A DNA stretch of 64,000 nucleotides from assembly GCA_039584815.1 (NCBI GenBank), contig JBDGXC010000007.1:8440-72439 (forward strand). The letters are read 5' to 3'. The notes below the pieces were generated by a model. It had not been told where the DNA came from. It worked only from the letters and a program-made list of their open reading frames with translations, and did not search any database. Shown here piece after piece: positions 31,276 through 41,612 of the stretch; positions within the stretch are counted from its first letter, which is position 1; every line of letters begins with the position of its first letter. The position numbers and the translations under genes were made by a program. Source of the DNA: Gemmatimonadota bacterium (lineage in GTDB: Bacteria; Gemmatimonadota; Gemmatimonadetes; Palauibacterales; Palauibacteraceae).

Positions 31276-33360
31276 GTGGCGAATCGACTCATTCGAGAGA
31301 AGAGTCCCTATCTTCTGCAGCACGCCCACAATCCGGTGGACTGGTACCCGTGGGGAGACGAGGCCTTCGAGGCCGCTCGCGAGCTGGACCGGCCGGTTTT
31401 CCTGTCCATCGGGTACGCGACCTGCCACTGGTGCCACGTGATGGAGCGGGAGTCGTTCGAGGACGCGGAGGTGGCCCGCCTGCTGAACCGCACGTTCGTC
31501 AGTGTCAAGGTTGATCGCGAAGAGCGCCCGGACATCGACGGCATCTACATGACCGTGGCGCAGCTCACCACGGGCCGCGGCGGCTGGCCGCTCACGATCC
31601 TGATGACCCCGGATCGCACGCCGTTCTTCGCAGCCACCTACATCCCGCGCGAAAGTCGGCACGGGAGCATCGGGATGCTGGACCTCGTGCCGCGAATCGA
31701 GGGCGCGTGGACGGCGGATCGGGAGGCGCTGCTGGCGGCAGGGGCCTCGATCCGCGAACACCTCGAACGGCTCGCCGGAGCGGACCTGTCCGGTCGGTCG
31801 CTGGGCGCGGATACGGTGCGAGCCGGGTTCAACGAGCTGGCCGGAGCCTACGATCGACAGCACGCCGGGTTCGGCGACGCCCCGCGGTTTCCGGCCTCGC
31901 ACCGACTCCTATTCCTGCTTCGCCACTGGCGCCGGACGGGCGTCGCGCAGGCGCGCGACATGGTGGAGGAAATACTCGACGCCATGCGCGCCGGCGGCCT
32001 CTACGACCACCTCGGCGGGGGCTTTCACCGGTACTCCACCGACCGTGAGTGGCGCCTGCCCCATTTCGAGAAGATGCTGTACGATCAGGCGATGTTGATG
32101 CTGGCGTACACGGAGTCGTATCAAGTCGAGCCGTCGGCGAGGCGCGAAGCGACGGTCCGCGATGTCGCGTCATACGTGATGCGGGACCTGGCGTCGGAGA
32201 CAGGCGGGTTCTTCTCGGCGGAGGACGCGGACAGCGAGGGCGAGGAAGGGAAGTTCTACGTATGGTCGCGGGAGGAGATCGACCGCGTCCTCGGGCCCGC
32301 CACCGCCGGACCGGCAGCTCTGGCATGGGGTGTCACGGAGGAGGGCAACTACGAAGACGAGGCGACCCATGCACGGTCCGGTCTGAACATTCTCCACCTG
32401 GCGCGCCCGCTCGGTGCCGCCGCCGGCGCGGCGGGGCTCACGGTCACCGAGCTGGCCGAGCACCTCAGCGAGGCTCGCTCGAGACTGTTCGCTCACCGGG
32501 AGGCGCGCGAGCGTCCACTGCTGGACGACAAGATCCTGACCGACTGGAACGGCCTCATGGTGGCGGCGCTCGCCCGCGCCGGGCACGCTCTCGCCGAGCC
32601 CGACTTCCTCGCGGCGGCCCGGCGAGCCGCCGATTTCCTGCATGACGTCATGTGGACCGATGGGGAGCTGCTGCACCGTTTCCGGGACGGAGACGCGGCC
32701 ATCGCGGGCAACCTGGACGACTATGCCTTCCTGGCGTGGGGAGAGATCGAGCTGCACCAGGCCGGCCAGGACACGCGCCACCTTCGCCGCGCCATCGATC
32801 TCACCGACGCGATGGTGGACCGCTTCCACGACGGCGAGCGCGGCGGTTTCTTCTTCAGTCCCGCGAACCGCCGCGACCTGATCGTACGCCGGAAGGAGCT
32901 CTACGACGGGGCCGTACCGTCTGGCAACTCGGTCGCCCTGTACAACCTGCTGCGCCTGGCCCGCCTCACGGGGAGCGTGCGCTATGAAACGCTCGCCGCC
33001 GAGACAGCGGGGGCGTTCTCGCGCCAGGTCGCCGCGCAGCCGTCCGCCTTCGCGTTCTTCCTCGCGGCGCTCGACATGGCTCTCGAACCGTCACAGGAGC
33101 TCGTGATCGTCGGTGAGCCGAACGCGGAGGACACGCTCGCGCTGCTCAATGTCGCGTGGGAAGGATACCACCCGAACCGCGTGGTCCTGGTGCGGCCGCC
33201 GGGAGACGATCCGGCCGGACTCGAGGCCTTGGCGCCCTTCACCCGCGGCTTCGCCACGCTGGACGGCCGCGCGGCCGCCTACCTGTGCTCGGGGTTCGCC
33301 TGCGAACGTCCCACGGCGGAGCCGGCTGTGCTGCGCGGGCTGCTCGACGCCGTCGAGTGA
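31276..33360 (+). CDS. Thioredoxin-domain protein of the YyaL/DUF255 family (thioredoxin fused to a six-hairpin glycosidase-like domain).
   Basis: [29 protein letters not shown]...[16 protein letters not shown]...[17 protein letters not shown] is the classic DUF255 N-terminus with CxxC. I propose a GTG start at 31276 (GTGGCGAAT giving M-A-N-R-L-I) because the track ORF lacks an in-frame ATG near the conserved N-terminus. Confidence 0.8.
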   Translation: MANRLIREKSPYLLQHAHNPVDWYPWGDEAFEAARELDRPVFLSIGYATCHWCHVMERESFEDAEVARLLNRTFVSVKVDREERPDIDGIYMTVAQLTTGRGGWPLTILMTPDRTPFFAATYIPRESRHGSIGMLDLVPRIEGAWTADREALLAAGASIREHLERLAGADLSGRSLGADTVRAGFNELAGAYDRQHAGFGDAPRFPASHRLLFLLRHWRRTGVAQARDMVEEILDAMRAGGLYDHLGGGFHRYSTDREWRLPHFEKMLYDQAMLMLAYTESYQVEPSARREATVRDVASYVMRDLASETGGFFSAEDADSEGEEGKFYVWSREEIDRVLGPATAGPAALAWGVTEEGNYEDEATHARSGLNILHLARPLGAAAGAAGLTVTELAEHLSEARSRLFAHREARERPLLDDKILTDWNGLMVAALARAGHALAEPDFLAAARRAADFLHDVMWTDGELLHRFRDGDAAIAGNLDDYAFLAWGEIELHQAGQDTRHLRRAIDLTDAMVDRFHDGERGGFFFSPANRRDLIVRRKELYDGAVPSGNSVALYNLLRLARLTGSVRYETLAAETAGAFSRQVAAQPSAFAFFLAALDMALEPSQELVIVGEPNAEDTLALLNVAWEGYHPNRVVLVRPPGDDPAGLEALAPFTRGFATLDGRAAAYLCSGFACERPTAEPAVLRGLLDAVE

Positions 33361-33401
33361 GGCGCCTTGGCGGGCCACGAAGAGGCGCGGCGCTCGCCCG
33401 A

Positions 33402-34160
33402 TCAGTCCCGGGCTTTCGTCTTTCCGTCGAGCACCGCCCGAACGGTCACATGCCACCGGCTCACGCCCGACTCGCCCACCTCGGCGCGAACCCTCGTGAC
33501 CTCGATCTCCTTCAGGCCCGGTAGAACCGTGCGGGTTTCCGCCAACGAGGCCTCCACGGCGTCCTCGAGGGACGTCTCGGAGCTTCCCTGCAGCTCGAGC
33601 TTGACTTCCTGCGAGGCCACCAGGATGTCGTCCGACGAGACGACGGTGGACAGGTACCGCTGACGGGCGCGACGACGCCCTTCCTCGAACGCGCGTCGGG
33701 CGACCTCGTCTCCCAGCCCGAGGTCGTCGCGCAGACGCTTCAGGAATGCCTCCTCGTCAGCCTCCAGGCGGTGATCGGCGAGGACTTCGTCGATCGCCGA
33801 GCCGTAGATGGCGCACGAGACCTCCTCCTGCACCTCGGACGCTGCCACCTCGTCGAGGGCCAGCAGCAGGCGCAGATGCGAGAGATCGGCGGCCTCCTCC
33901 TCGCTGAGCGCCTGGTCCACGAGACAGTGCTCCAGGTAGCGCCGGTAGAGATCACGACAGCTGGACCGTAGTCGCGAGAGATCCGTCCCGTGCCGTTCGG
34001 CCGCCGCGGCGACATCCCGTTCGGTGACGTCCGAGATGTTCACGGCGCCGGCCAACAGGGCTTCCACTTCCCGCGCCGCGGCGCCGCGTGCCCGCCGGGC
34101 GAGGAGCCGCGAACCGAGGCCCCTGTCGGGCGTCGGGCTGTGCTCGAAAGGCCCTGCCAT
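33402..34160 (-). CDS. TerB-like N-terminal domain fused to a C-terminal dodecin-like (flavin-binding) domain.
   Basis: The C-terminal roughly 65 aa (VKLELQGSSETSLEDAVEASLAETRTVLPGLKEIEVTRVRAEVGESGVSRWHVTVRAVLD) fits the dodecin beta-alpha-beta-beta pattern. The acidic helical N-terminal region resembles TerB/DjlA-N. ATG at 34160. Confidence 0.5.
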   Translation of the reverse strand: MAGPFEHSPTPDRGLGSRLLARRARGAAAREVEALLAGAVNISDVTERDVAAAAERHGTDLSRLRSSCRDLYRRYLEHCLVDQALSEEEAADLSHLRLLLALDEVAASEVQEEVSCAIYGSAIDEVLADHRLEADEEAFLKRLRDDLGLGDEVARRAFEEGRRRARQRYLSTVVSSDDILVASQEVKLELQGSSETSLEDAVEASLAETRTVLPGLKEIEVTRVRAEVGESGVSRWHVTVRAVLDGKTKARD

Positions 34161-34286
34161 GTGTGACCTCCGCTTCGATTCGCCACTGCCGGCGCCGGGA
34201 TCCCGGAGCCGAATTGCCCATGACAATGGGGCTACGCCCAGCGGGGGGCAATCGGGTCTCGGGCGATCCGGCGGCCGGCGGTGGAG

Positions 34287-34628
34287 TCAGTGGAGGAGGT
34301 CGTCGAGGACCTGTACGCGAGAGTCCAGGGTGCGGATCGCGAGCGTGAGGTCATCGGCCAGCCGGTGCGCGCCCCGTGCTCTGTGCCATTCGCGCTCTGC
34401 CTTCAGGGCGTCGCACAGCAAGCGCAGGGCGCCGATGCTGAGGTCCGCCGTCGCCGCGGCTGCCAGGCTTTCGTAGCTGGACATGGGCGACAGCATGAGC
34501 ACGGCGCACAGGTATCGGCGCTTGAAGCCGAGCACCAGATCGCGCTCGCCATGCGAGACCACTCGATTCTCCATAGCCTGGGTGTTCCCCGCATTCAACG
34601 TGCCATCGTGCGCCCGGGCCTGCTTCAT
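34287..34628 (-). CDS. Small hypothetical protein.
   Basis: 113-aa ORF with no motif. It is included only because it occupies an otherwise empty interval upstream of the TerB-dodecin gene. Confidence 0.25.
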   Translation of the reverse strand: MKQARAHDGTLNAGNTQAMENRVVSHGERDLVLGFKRRYLCAVLMLSPMSSYESLAAAATADLSIGALRLLCDALKAEREWHRARGAHRLADDLTLAIRTLDSRVQVLDDLLH

Positions 34629-34993
34629 GAGTGCGGTTCGGAAGAGCGGTCACGGTCATGTGGCAACGGAAAGGCGATTCGGCGGCGATCGGTGCCGATA
34701 GCTGCTCCATTCGGCGCCCGTCGGCTCTCCCCCGCAACCTCCGCAGCACGGAATCGTCTGCCGGATCGAGGACATTTTGCACGCCCGCTCAGATCTCGCG
34801 GCCGCCCAGCCGACCGGAGCCCTCCTCTCCCTGGTCGTGAACAGGCCCATGAAACCGGGCCGGAACGGCCGCGACCGTTGCGCCGCCGACCGCCGTCCGT
34901 GGCACCGGCGCCACAGCACCCGACAGGACGGGCGTGCCGCTGATTCGGCACCGCCACAGGTGGCGAGACCTTGATTTCTTCCCCATACTTACG

Positions 34994-35006
34994 ACGTTGT
35001 TACAAC
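34994..35006. promoter_or_regulatory. Palindromic operator-like site CGTTGT-T-ACAACG within an AT-richer patch (TTGATTTCTTCCCCATACTTACG...), about 150 bp upstream of the GH-GT2 gene.
   Basis: Perfect 6-bp inverted repeat arms separated by 1 nt. It lies in the locally lowest-GC stretch of a 530-bp intergenic region. Confidence 0.3.
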
Positions 35007-35158
35007 GGTAGGCCTTACCGAAAAGGGCAACTCGACTCTCCGTCGAGGCGCAAAGCCGGGGGTTCTCCGCCACCCACGAATGCTCCGGCTGCCGAAGAAG
35101 GCTCAAAGAGCGCCCATCCGCGCTCGTACATCCATCCCGATCGGGGAGGAGAGTCCGC

Positions 35159-37765
35159 TTGTCGGAGCCAACCAGTGTGTCCCGGCGTCGCCGGCGCCCG
35201 GGACTGCGTGTCGGCGCGACGCGCGATGGCAGCTCGGATCGCGCCCACGACCTCGCGCCGGCTGAGGAAGCGACGGCCGTCGATCGGCCATCGTCCGCCG
35301 GAATCGGAACGCCCCGACCCCGCGCAGGGGGAAAGTTCCTGTTCGTCGGCGACGAGAAGCTGTACGTGCGGGGGGCGACGTACGGGACGTTCCGGCCCCG
35401 CGGGGATGATTGCGAGTTCCCCGAGCCGGAGACCGTGGACCGGGACATCGCTCTCATGGCTGAGAACGGCCTGAACGCCTTCCGCACGTACACTCCCCCG
35501 CCGCGCTGGCTGCTCGACCGGGCGGCCGAGCACGGCATGCACGTGATGGTGGGACTGCCGGCGGAGCGCTACATCGGCTACCTGGCCGACGGACGGTCGA
35601 ACGGTGACCCGGACGTGGCGGACGTCGTGCGCGAGGGCGTCGCCGGGTGCGCCGGTCATCCGGCGGTCCTGTGCTACGCGGTCGGAAACGAGATCCCGGC
35701 GGCAGTCGCGCGCTGGCACGACCGCGGCCGGGTGGCGCGGTTCCTCGAGCAGCTGTACCGGGCGGCCAAGGCGGAGGATCCCGAGGGGCTCGTCACCTAT
35801 GTGAACTACCCTTCGACCGAGTACCTGGATCTGCCGTTCCTGGATCTGCTCTGCTACAACGTCTTCCTCGAGAGCCGGCGGGACTACGATGCCTACCTGG
35901 CGCGCCTCCAGAACGTCGCGGGCGACCGTCCCCTGCTGATGACGGAAGTGGGTCTGGACAGCCTGAGGAACGGAGAGGAGGCGCAGGCCCGGTCCCTCGA
36001 CTGGCAGGTGCGGACCTCCTTCGAGGCGGGTTGCGCCGGAGTGTTCGTGTACTCGTGGACCGACGAGTGGTATCGGTCGGGCGAGGACGTGCACGACTGG
36101 GCCTTCGGTCTGACGCGCCGCGATCGCGAGCCAAAGCCGGCACTCACCGCGGTGAGCGAGGCGTTCGGGGCCGTCCCGTTCGCCGAAAACGGAAAGCTGC
36201 CCCGCATCTCGGTGATCGTCTGCACGTACAACGGTGCGCATACGCTGGCGGAATGTCTCGCCGGCCTGGAGAGAGTGGAGTATCCCGACTACGAGGTGAT
36301 CGTGGTCGACGACGGCTCGCGGGACGGCTCTGCCGCGATCGCCGATCGTTTCGACTGCCGGGTGATCCGCACGCCGAACCACGGGCTCAGCAGCGCCCGC
36401 AACACCGGCCTCGCCGCCGCGACGGGAGACATCGTCGCGTACATCGACGACGACGCGTATCCCGACCCGCATTGGCTCGCCTACCTGGCGGCCGCGTTCC
36501 GTCGGGCCGACCACGCCGGCATCGGCGGCCCCAACATCGCGCCACCCGGCGACGGATTCCTGGCCGAGTGCGTGACCAACGCCCCCGGCAACCCGGTGCA
36601 CGTCCTCCTGACGGACCAGGTGGCCGAGCACATTCCGGGCTGCAACATGGCGTTCCGCAAGTCGGCTCTGGAAGCGGTCGGTGGCTTCGATACCCAGTTC
36701 CGGGTGGCGGGCGACGACATCGACGTGTGCTGGAAGATCCAGGAAGCGGGCGGGACCCTGGGCTTCTCGGCCGCCGCCATGGTGTGGCACCATCGGCGCG
36801 GAGAGCTCAAGACCTACTGGAGGCAGCAGCTCGGGTACGGCCGGGCCGAGGCGGCGGTGGAGCGCAAGTGGCCGGCCAAGTTCGGTCCCGCGTGCCAGGT
36901 GGCATGGGGCGGGAGGCTGTACGGGAGAGGACTCAGCCGCACGCTCGGCTGGTCGCGGGGTCGCATCTACCACGGGGTGTGGGGCGCGGCGCCGTACCAG
37001 TCCCTGTACGAGCCGGCGCCGGGCCTGCTGAGATCCTTGCCGCAGATGCCCGAATGGCACCTGCTGAGCGCCGCTCTCACCGGGTTCGTGCTCCTTGGTC
37101 TCAGCTGGCCTCCTCTGCTGCTGGCGGCGATTCCACTCGCGTTCACAGCCCTCGCTTCGCTGCTGCACGCCGTAGCGAGCGCCGTGGGGGCGGACTTCGG
37201 AGACGACCACGGCGATGTCCTCCTGCGCTGGCGGAGACGAGCGGTCACCACGGCCCTGTACCTCATTCAGCCGGTGGCCCGTCTGTACGGCCGCGTGAGT
37301 GGCGGCCTCACCCCGTGGCGCAGCGTCCCCGCTTACGGATTCGCACTTCCGTGGCGCTCGACGAAAGCGATCTGGACGGAGCACTGGCGGGCGACGGAAG
37401 ACCGACTGCACGACATCGAGACGGCCCTGAACGCTGACGGGGTGTTCGTGGTTCGTGGCGGCGACTTCGATCGCTGGGACCTCGCGGTGTACGGGGGCGT
37501 CTTCGGCTCGGCGCGCCTGCTGATGGCCGTCGAAGAGCACGGCTGCGGCACACAGCTCGTGCGGATCCGACTGTGGCCACGCTGGTCACCCGAGAGGCTG
37601 CTGCCTACGGTGCTGCTCGGAGGCCTCGCGCTCGGTGCGTGGCTCGACGGTGCGTCGGTCGCGGCCGTCGTGCTGGGAGCGGTGTTCCTGCTGGGCGGCT
37701 GGAGAGTGCTCAGGGATACGGCGTCCGCCTGCTTCGCGTTGCGGCACGCCGCCGAACAGGCCTGA
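35159..37765 (+). CDS. Tripartite fusion: clan GH-A TIM-barrel glycoside hydrolase-like domain, family 2 glycosyltransferase, and a C-terminal multi-TM domain.
   Basis: GH-A catalytic signatures AVGNEIP (acid/base) and LLMTEVG (nucleophile). GT2 region ISVIVCTYNGAHTL...VIVVDDGSRDGS...AYIDDDAYPDPHWL...CNMAFRKSAL. At least four hydrophobic helices after residue about 690. TTG start preceded by the RBS ggggaggag. Confidence 0.8.
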   Translation: MSEPTSVSRRRRRPGLRVGATRDGSSDRAHDLAPAEEATAVDRPSSAGIGTPRPRAGGKFLFVGDEKLYVRGATYGTFRPRGDDCEFPEPETVDRDIALMAENGLNAFRTYTPPPRWLLDRAAEHGMHVMVGLPAERYIGYLADGRSNGDPDVADVVREGVAGCAGHPAVLCYAVGNEIPAAVARWHDRGRVARFLEQLYRAAKAEDPEGLVTYVNYPSTEYLDLPFLDLLCYNVFLESRRDYDAYLARLQNVAGDRPLLMTEVGLDSLRNGEEAQARSLDWQVRTSFEAGCAGVFVYSWTDEWYRSGEDVHDWAFGLTRRDREPKPALTAVSEAFGAVPFAENGKLPRISVIVCTYNGAHTLAECLAGLERVEYPDYEVIVVDDGSRDGSAAIADRFDCRVIRTPNHGLSSARNTGLAAATGDIVAYIDDDAYPDPHWLAYLAAAFRRADHAGIGGPNIAPPGDGFLAECVTNAPGNPVHVLLTDQVAEHIPGCNMAFRKSALEAVGGFDTQFRVAGDDIDVCWKIQEAGGTLGFSAAAMVWHHRRGELKTYWRQQLGYGRAEAAVERKWPAKFGPACQVAWGGRLYGRGLSRTLGWSRGRIYHGVWGAAPYQSLYEPAPGLLRSLPQMPEWHLLSAALTGFVLLGLSWPPLLLAAIPLAFTALASLLHAVASAVGADFGDDHGDVLLRWRRRAVTTALYLIQPVARLYGRVSGGLTPWRSVPAYGFALPWRSTKAIWTEHWRATEDRLHDIETALNADGVFVVRGGDFDRWDLAVYGGVFGSARLLMAVEEHGCGTQLVRIRLWPRWSPERLLPTVLLGGLALGAWLDGASVAAVVLGAVFLLGGWRVLRDTASACFALRHAAEQA

Positions 37766-37777
37766 GAGGTGCTTCCG

Positions 37778-39580
37778 ATGGATCGACACCGCGCGGGCGA
37801 TCTCGGCCTGTACCGGCGTATGTTGGCCCAGGCCCGGCCGTACCGGGCTCATTTCGTGGCCTACATGCTGCTGGCCCTGCTTCAGAGTCCCATCGCGCTC
37901 CTGAATCCGGTGCCTCTGAAGATCGTCGTCGACTCCGCCGTGGGCTCGGAGCCGTTGCCGCGGCCGCTCGACGCCCTGCTCCCCGCAGCCTTCGCGGAGT
38001 CCGGGGCGGCGGTTCTCGTGTTCGCGGTGCTGCTGCTCGTCGCGATCGCCCTGCTCGGCCAGCTGCAGTCGCTCGGAAGCCAGCTGGTGCGCACGTACAC
38101 GGGAGAGAAGCTCGTCCTCGATTTCCGGGCGCGACTCTTCCATCAGGCCGAACGTCTGTCCCTGTCGCATCACGACACGCGTGGCGCTTCGGAGTCGGTG
38201 TACCGGATTCAGCGCGACTCCGCGGCAATCAGGAACGTCCTCGTGGACTCCCTGATTCCGTTCGTCTCGGCGATCGTGACGCTCGTCGCCATGCTGTACG
38301 TTACGCTCAGGATCGACTGGCAGCTGGCGCTGGTCGCTCTGTCCATCACTCCGGTCCTCCTGTTCCTGACGGGGAGGTACCGCTGGCGCATGCGGCGACA
38401 GGCGCGCACGGTGAAGAGGATCGAGAGCTCCGTGTGGGCGCTGGCTCAGGAAACGATGGGCGCCCTGCGGGTCGTGAAGACATTCGGCAGGGAGGCGGGG
38501 GAGGCCCGCCGGTTCGCCGATCGGGCGGGGCTCGGGGTGTCGGCCCGGCTCCGGCTGACCGTGGTGGAGGGCAGCTTCGGTCTCCTCATCGGCCTGACGG
38601 TCGCGCTGGGTACGGGAGCCGTGCTGCTCATCGGTACCCGGCACGTGATGGCCGGGCTCCTCACGCTCGGCGACCTGCTCCTCGTGATGGGGTATCTTGC
38701 CCAGTTGTACTCGCCCCTGAAGACGATCAGCCGCAAGGTCACGGGTCTGCAGACGTACCTGGCGAGCGCAGAGCGCGCCTTCGAGCTGCTCGACACGGAG
38801 CCGGACGTCCCGGAGCGTCCCAATGCCCGACCCCTCGACCGGGCGCTGGGAGCGGTCGAGTTCCGCGACGTGTCGTTCGCCTACGAGGGCGGGGAGGCGG
38901 TTCTCCACGATGTCTCCTTCGACGTCGCCGCGGGCAGTCGGGTGGCGCTGACGGGCGAGACGGGGGCGGGCAAGACTACCCTGATCAGCCTGCTGACGCG
39001 CCTGTACGATCCGACCACCGGGTCGATCCTCCTCGATGGGACGGACCTGCGCGATGTCAGGCTTGCCGATCTGCGGGCCCAGTTCGCGGTGGTCCTGCAA
39101 AGCCCGGTGCTGTTCTCGACGACGATCGCCGAGAACATCGCCTACGCCCGCCCGAACGCCGCGACCACGGAGATCGTTGCCGCTGCGCAAGCCGCCGGGG
39201 CGCACCACTTCATCACGGGTCTTGCGAAGGGCTACGATACGCAGGTGGGAGAGCAGGGGATGATGCTGTCGGGCGGAGAGCGCCAGCGGGTCTCCCTGGC
39301 GCGGGCGTTTCTGCGGGACGCTCCGCTGTTGATCCTCGACGAGCCCACGAGCTCCGTGGACCTGGCCACCGAAGCATTGATCCTCGACGCGATGGAGCGC
39401 CTGATGGAGGGGCGCACCGTGTTCCTCATCACGCACCGGCCGAGCTCGCTCAGCGGCTGTGACACGCGACTCGTCATGCGTGGCGGGCGCCTGACCGCGT
39501 CGGCGCGCCCGGACTCTCGGACGCGGCACGCTCCCCCGACGTGGCGCTTTCCGCAGCTGGACTCGGAGGTCGAACGGTGA
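37778..39580 (+). CDS. ABC exporter, fused permease and ATPase (MsbA-like half-transporter).
   Basis: Six N-terminal TM helices. Walker A GETGAGKTT, signature LSGGERQRVSLARA, Walker B LILDEPTSSVD, H-loop ITHR. Confidence 0.9.
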   Translation: MDRHRAGDLGLYRRMLAQARPYRAHFVAYMLLALLQSPIALLNPVPLKIVVDSAVGSEPLPRPLDALLPAAFAESGAAVLVFAVLLLVAIALLGQLQSLGSQLVRTYTGEKLVLDFRARLFHQAERLSLSHHDTRGASESVYRIQRDSAAIRNVLVDSLIPFVSAIVTLVAMLYVTLRIDWQLALVALSITPVLLFLTGRYRWRMRRQARTVKRIESSVWALAQETMGALRVVKTFGREAGEARRFADRAGLGVSARLRLTVVEGSFGLLIGLTVALGTGAVLLIGTRHVMAGLLTLGDLLLVMGYLAQLYSPLKTISRKVTGLQTYLASAERAFELLDTEPDVPERPNARPLDRALGAVEFRDVSFAYEGGEAVLHDVSFDVAAGSRVALTGETGAGKTTLISLLTRLYDPTTGSILLDGTDLRDVRLADLRAQFAVVLQSPVLFSTTIAENIAYARPNAATTEIVAAAQAAGAHHFITGLAKGYDTQVGEQGMMLSGGERQRVSLARAFLRDAPLLILDEPTSSVDLATEALILDAMERLMEGRTVFLITHRPSSLSGCDTRLVMRGGRLTASARPDSRTRHAPPTWRFPQLDSEVER

Positions 39581-40581
39581 GCACGCACGCGCTCGTGGTG
39601 CCACCGGACACGGCGGAAAAGATCCTCCGGTCGTGCATCGAGGACGGCCCGCGAAGGGACTCGATCCCCCCGGGAGGCATCGCCGACCTGAGCGTGACGC
39701 CGTTCGAGGGAACGACTGCGTTTCCGACCTACGTGGTCCGTGTCCGGTGGACGGAAGGAGGGGGGCGCACGCTGTTTCTCAAGACGTTCGGCTCTTCGCA
39801 ACTTCCCAAGCGGCGCCTGGGGGAACGGCGCGAACGAGAGCTGAAGGTGTACCGGGACCTGCTCGACGGCCGGGAGCTCGGGACCGCACACTACTACGGG
39901 GCGATGTGGGATGATGAACGATCACGGTTCTGGCTGCTGCTCGAGTTCGTGGACGCCTCCCAGCTCCGTTCCCTCGGCTTCGACCACTGGGTGCGCGCTG
40001 CGGCGTGGCTCGGACGCATGCAGGGAACGCTGAGCGGGAATCCACCCCGCGGGTCCGACACCGAGCTCCTGGTGTCTCACGATGCCGAGTTCTTCACGGC
40101 CATGGCCCGGGAGGCGCTCGCTGCGGTGACCGGTACCTCGCCTGCCCTGGGATATCGGCTGGCGGCCGTGCTGGAAGACTACGATCGCATCATCGAGGTC
40201 ATGACGACTCAGTCCCGCACGCTCGTGCACGGGTCCTACCGCTCCCAGAACATCCTCGTCGATCCCACCGGAGACCGCGTCTGCCCCGTGGACTGGGAGC
40301 TCGCGGCGTGGGGGTCGCCTCTGTACGACCTCGCCTTCCTGTGCGACGGCTTCCGAGCTCCGCGGCTCCACACTCTGTGGGACGCCTACCTCGACCAGCT
40401 GGCTGCGCATGGCGGCCCCGTCCCCGTCCTCGAGGAGCTACCACGGGTCGTGGAGTGCTTCCGTCTCCACAAGCAGGTGAAGTCGCTCAGCGATTCTGTG
40501 CGCCTGGAGTTCCCGGCTCACTCGGTCGCCAAGCTGGTGGGGCTGGCGGAAGCCATGCGGCCCGGTTGCCGGACGGAGTGA
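39577..40581 (+). CDS. Protein-kinase-fold phosphotransferase (APH/ChoK family, PF01636-like), paralogue 1.
   Basis: Brenner-type catalytic loop LVHGSYRSQNILVD and metal-binding PVDWELAAWGSPLYDLA. The GTG start overlaps the ABC exporter stop (GTGA). Confidence 0.75.
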   Translation: MSTHALVVPPDTAEKILRSCIEDGPRRDSIPPGGIADLSVTPFEGTTAFPTYVVRVRWTEGGGRTLFLKTFGSSQLPKRRLGERRERELKVYRDLLDGRELGTAHYYGAMWDDERSRFWLLLEFVDASQLRSLGFDHWVRAAAWLGRMQGTLSGNPPRGSDTELLVSHDAEFFTAMAREALAAVTGTSPALGYRLAAVLEDYDRIIEVMTTQSRTLVHGSYRSQNILVDPTGDRVCPVDWELAAWGSPLYDLAFLCDGFRAPRLHTLWDAYLDQLAAHGGPVPVLEELPRVVECFRLHKQVKSLSDSVRLEFPAHSVAKLVGLAEAMRPGCRTE

Positions 40582-40587
40582 AGGGTG

Positions 40588-41571
40588 ATGACTTACGTGA
40601 TCGATGCGCGTGAGCACCCGGCCGCCCAGGCCTGGCTTCGGATTCGCGGCAACGGACAGGAGGTGACGGCCGTCACTTCCGTTCGGGGAGCTACGACCCG
40701 TCGGGGCGTGTGGCGCCTCGAGCTCGCGAACCGGGGTCCCTCGCCCGTCATCGCCAAGCGCTGCCTCACGCAGTCGGCGCGCGTCGAGCGCATCGTGTAC
40801 GAGGACGTGCTTCCGGGTCTTCCGGTGTCGGCTCCGCGCTGTTTCGGAGCCTGGGAAGAGAGCTCCGAGTACTCGTGGCTGTTCTTCGAGGACGCCGGCG
40901 CGGAGCGCTTTTCGTCCGCGGATCAGGAACTGCGCGCGCTGGCGGCGCGGTGGCTGGCGGCCTTGCACCTCGGCACGACCGACCTGCGCCTGGGAGACGG
41001 ACTCCCACGGCGCGATGCGGAGCACTACCTGGGCCTGCTGTGTCTGAGCAGGGACACGATTCTGCGCGATCTCTCCAATCCCGCGTTCGACGGCGCGGAC
41101 CGGGCGGTGCTGGACGATGCCCTCGCAGAACTGTATCGGATAGAGTCCGAGTGGCCGCGCGTGGAGCGATTCTGCGATCGGATGCCTTCGGCGCTCGTGC
41201 ACGGCGACTTTCGCTCCAAGAACATCTTCGTGCGTCGCGCGGGCCCGGAAACGGAGCTGCTGCCGATCGACTGGGAGACGGCGGGCTGGGGAGTCCCGGC
41301 CGCCGATCTCGCTCGCTCGAGACACCTGCACGCCGAGCCTGAAGCGGATCTCGCCGTGTACGCGGAGGCGGTGGGCGGCGTGTGGGAGCACGTCGATGAG
41401 ACGGCCGCCCGGCGCCTGTCGGAGGTGGGACTGGTGTTCCGTCGCCTGATGGCCATCGCCTGGGCGAGCGAGAGCCTGCAGTATCCGTGGCCCGTCACGC
41501 CCCTGGCGAGGATCCAGCTCTACGTGTCCGAGATCTCCGATGCCCGTGCAAGGGGAGCCTGGCCGCCGTGA
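40588..41571 (+). CDS. Protein-kinase-fold phosphotransferase (APH/ChoK family), paralogue 2.
   Basis: LVHGDFRSKNIFV and PIDWETAGWGVPAADLA. Starts 7 nt after the paralogue 1 stop. Confidence 0.75.
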   Translation: MTYVIDAREHPAAQAWLRIRGNGQEVTAVTSVRGATTRRGVWRLELANRGPSPVIAKRCLTQSARVERIVYEDVLPGLPVSAPRCFGAWEESSEYSWLFFEDAGAERFSSADQELRALAARWLAALHLGTTDLRLGDGLPRRDAEHYLGLLCLSRDTILRDLSNPAFDGADRAVLDDALAELYRIESEWPRVERFCDRMPSALVHGDFRSKNIFVRRAGPETELLPIDWETAGWGVPAADLARSRHLHAEPEADLAVYAEAVGGVWEHVDETAARRLSEVGLVFRRLMAIAWASESLQYPWPVTPLARIQLYVSEISDARARGAWPP

Positions 41572-41612
41572 GGCGTATGCGTTCCGGCGGCCGAACATCA
41601 GGAAGGAGTCAC

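Noticed and set aside
35015-37540. An 841-aa minus-strand ORF antisense to the GH-GT2 fusion, and a 596-aa alternate plus frame at 35647..37437.
   Set aside because: Arg/Pro/Gly-rich without motifs. The chosen frame has GH-A and GT2 catalytic signatures.
37586-39604. A 672-aa minus-strand ORF antisense to the ABC exporter, and a 629-aa alternate plus frame at 37573..39462.
   Set aside because: No Walker motifs and low-complexity Arg/Gly/Pro. The annotated frame contains the complete ABC signature set.
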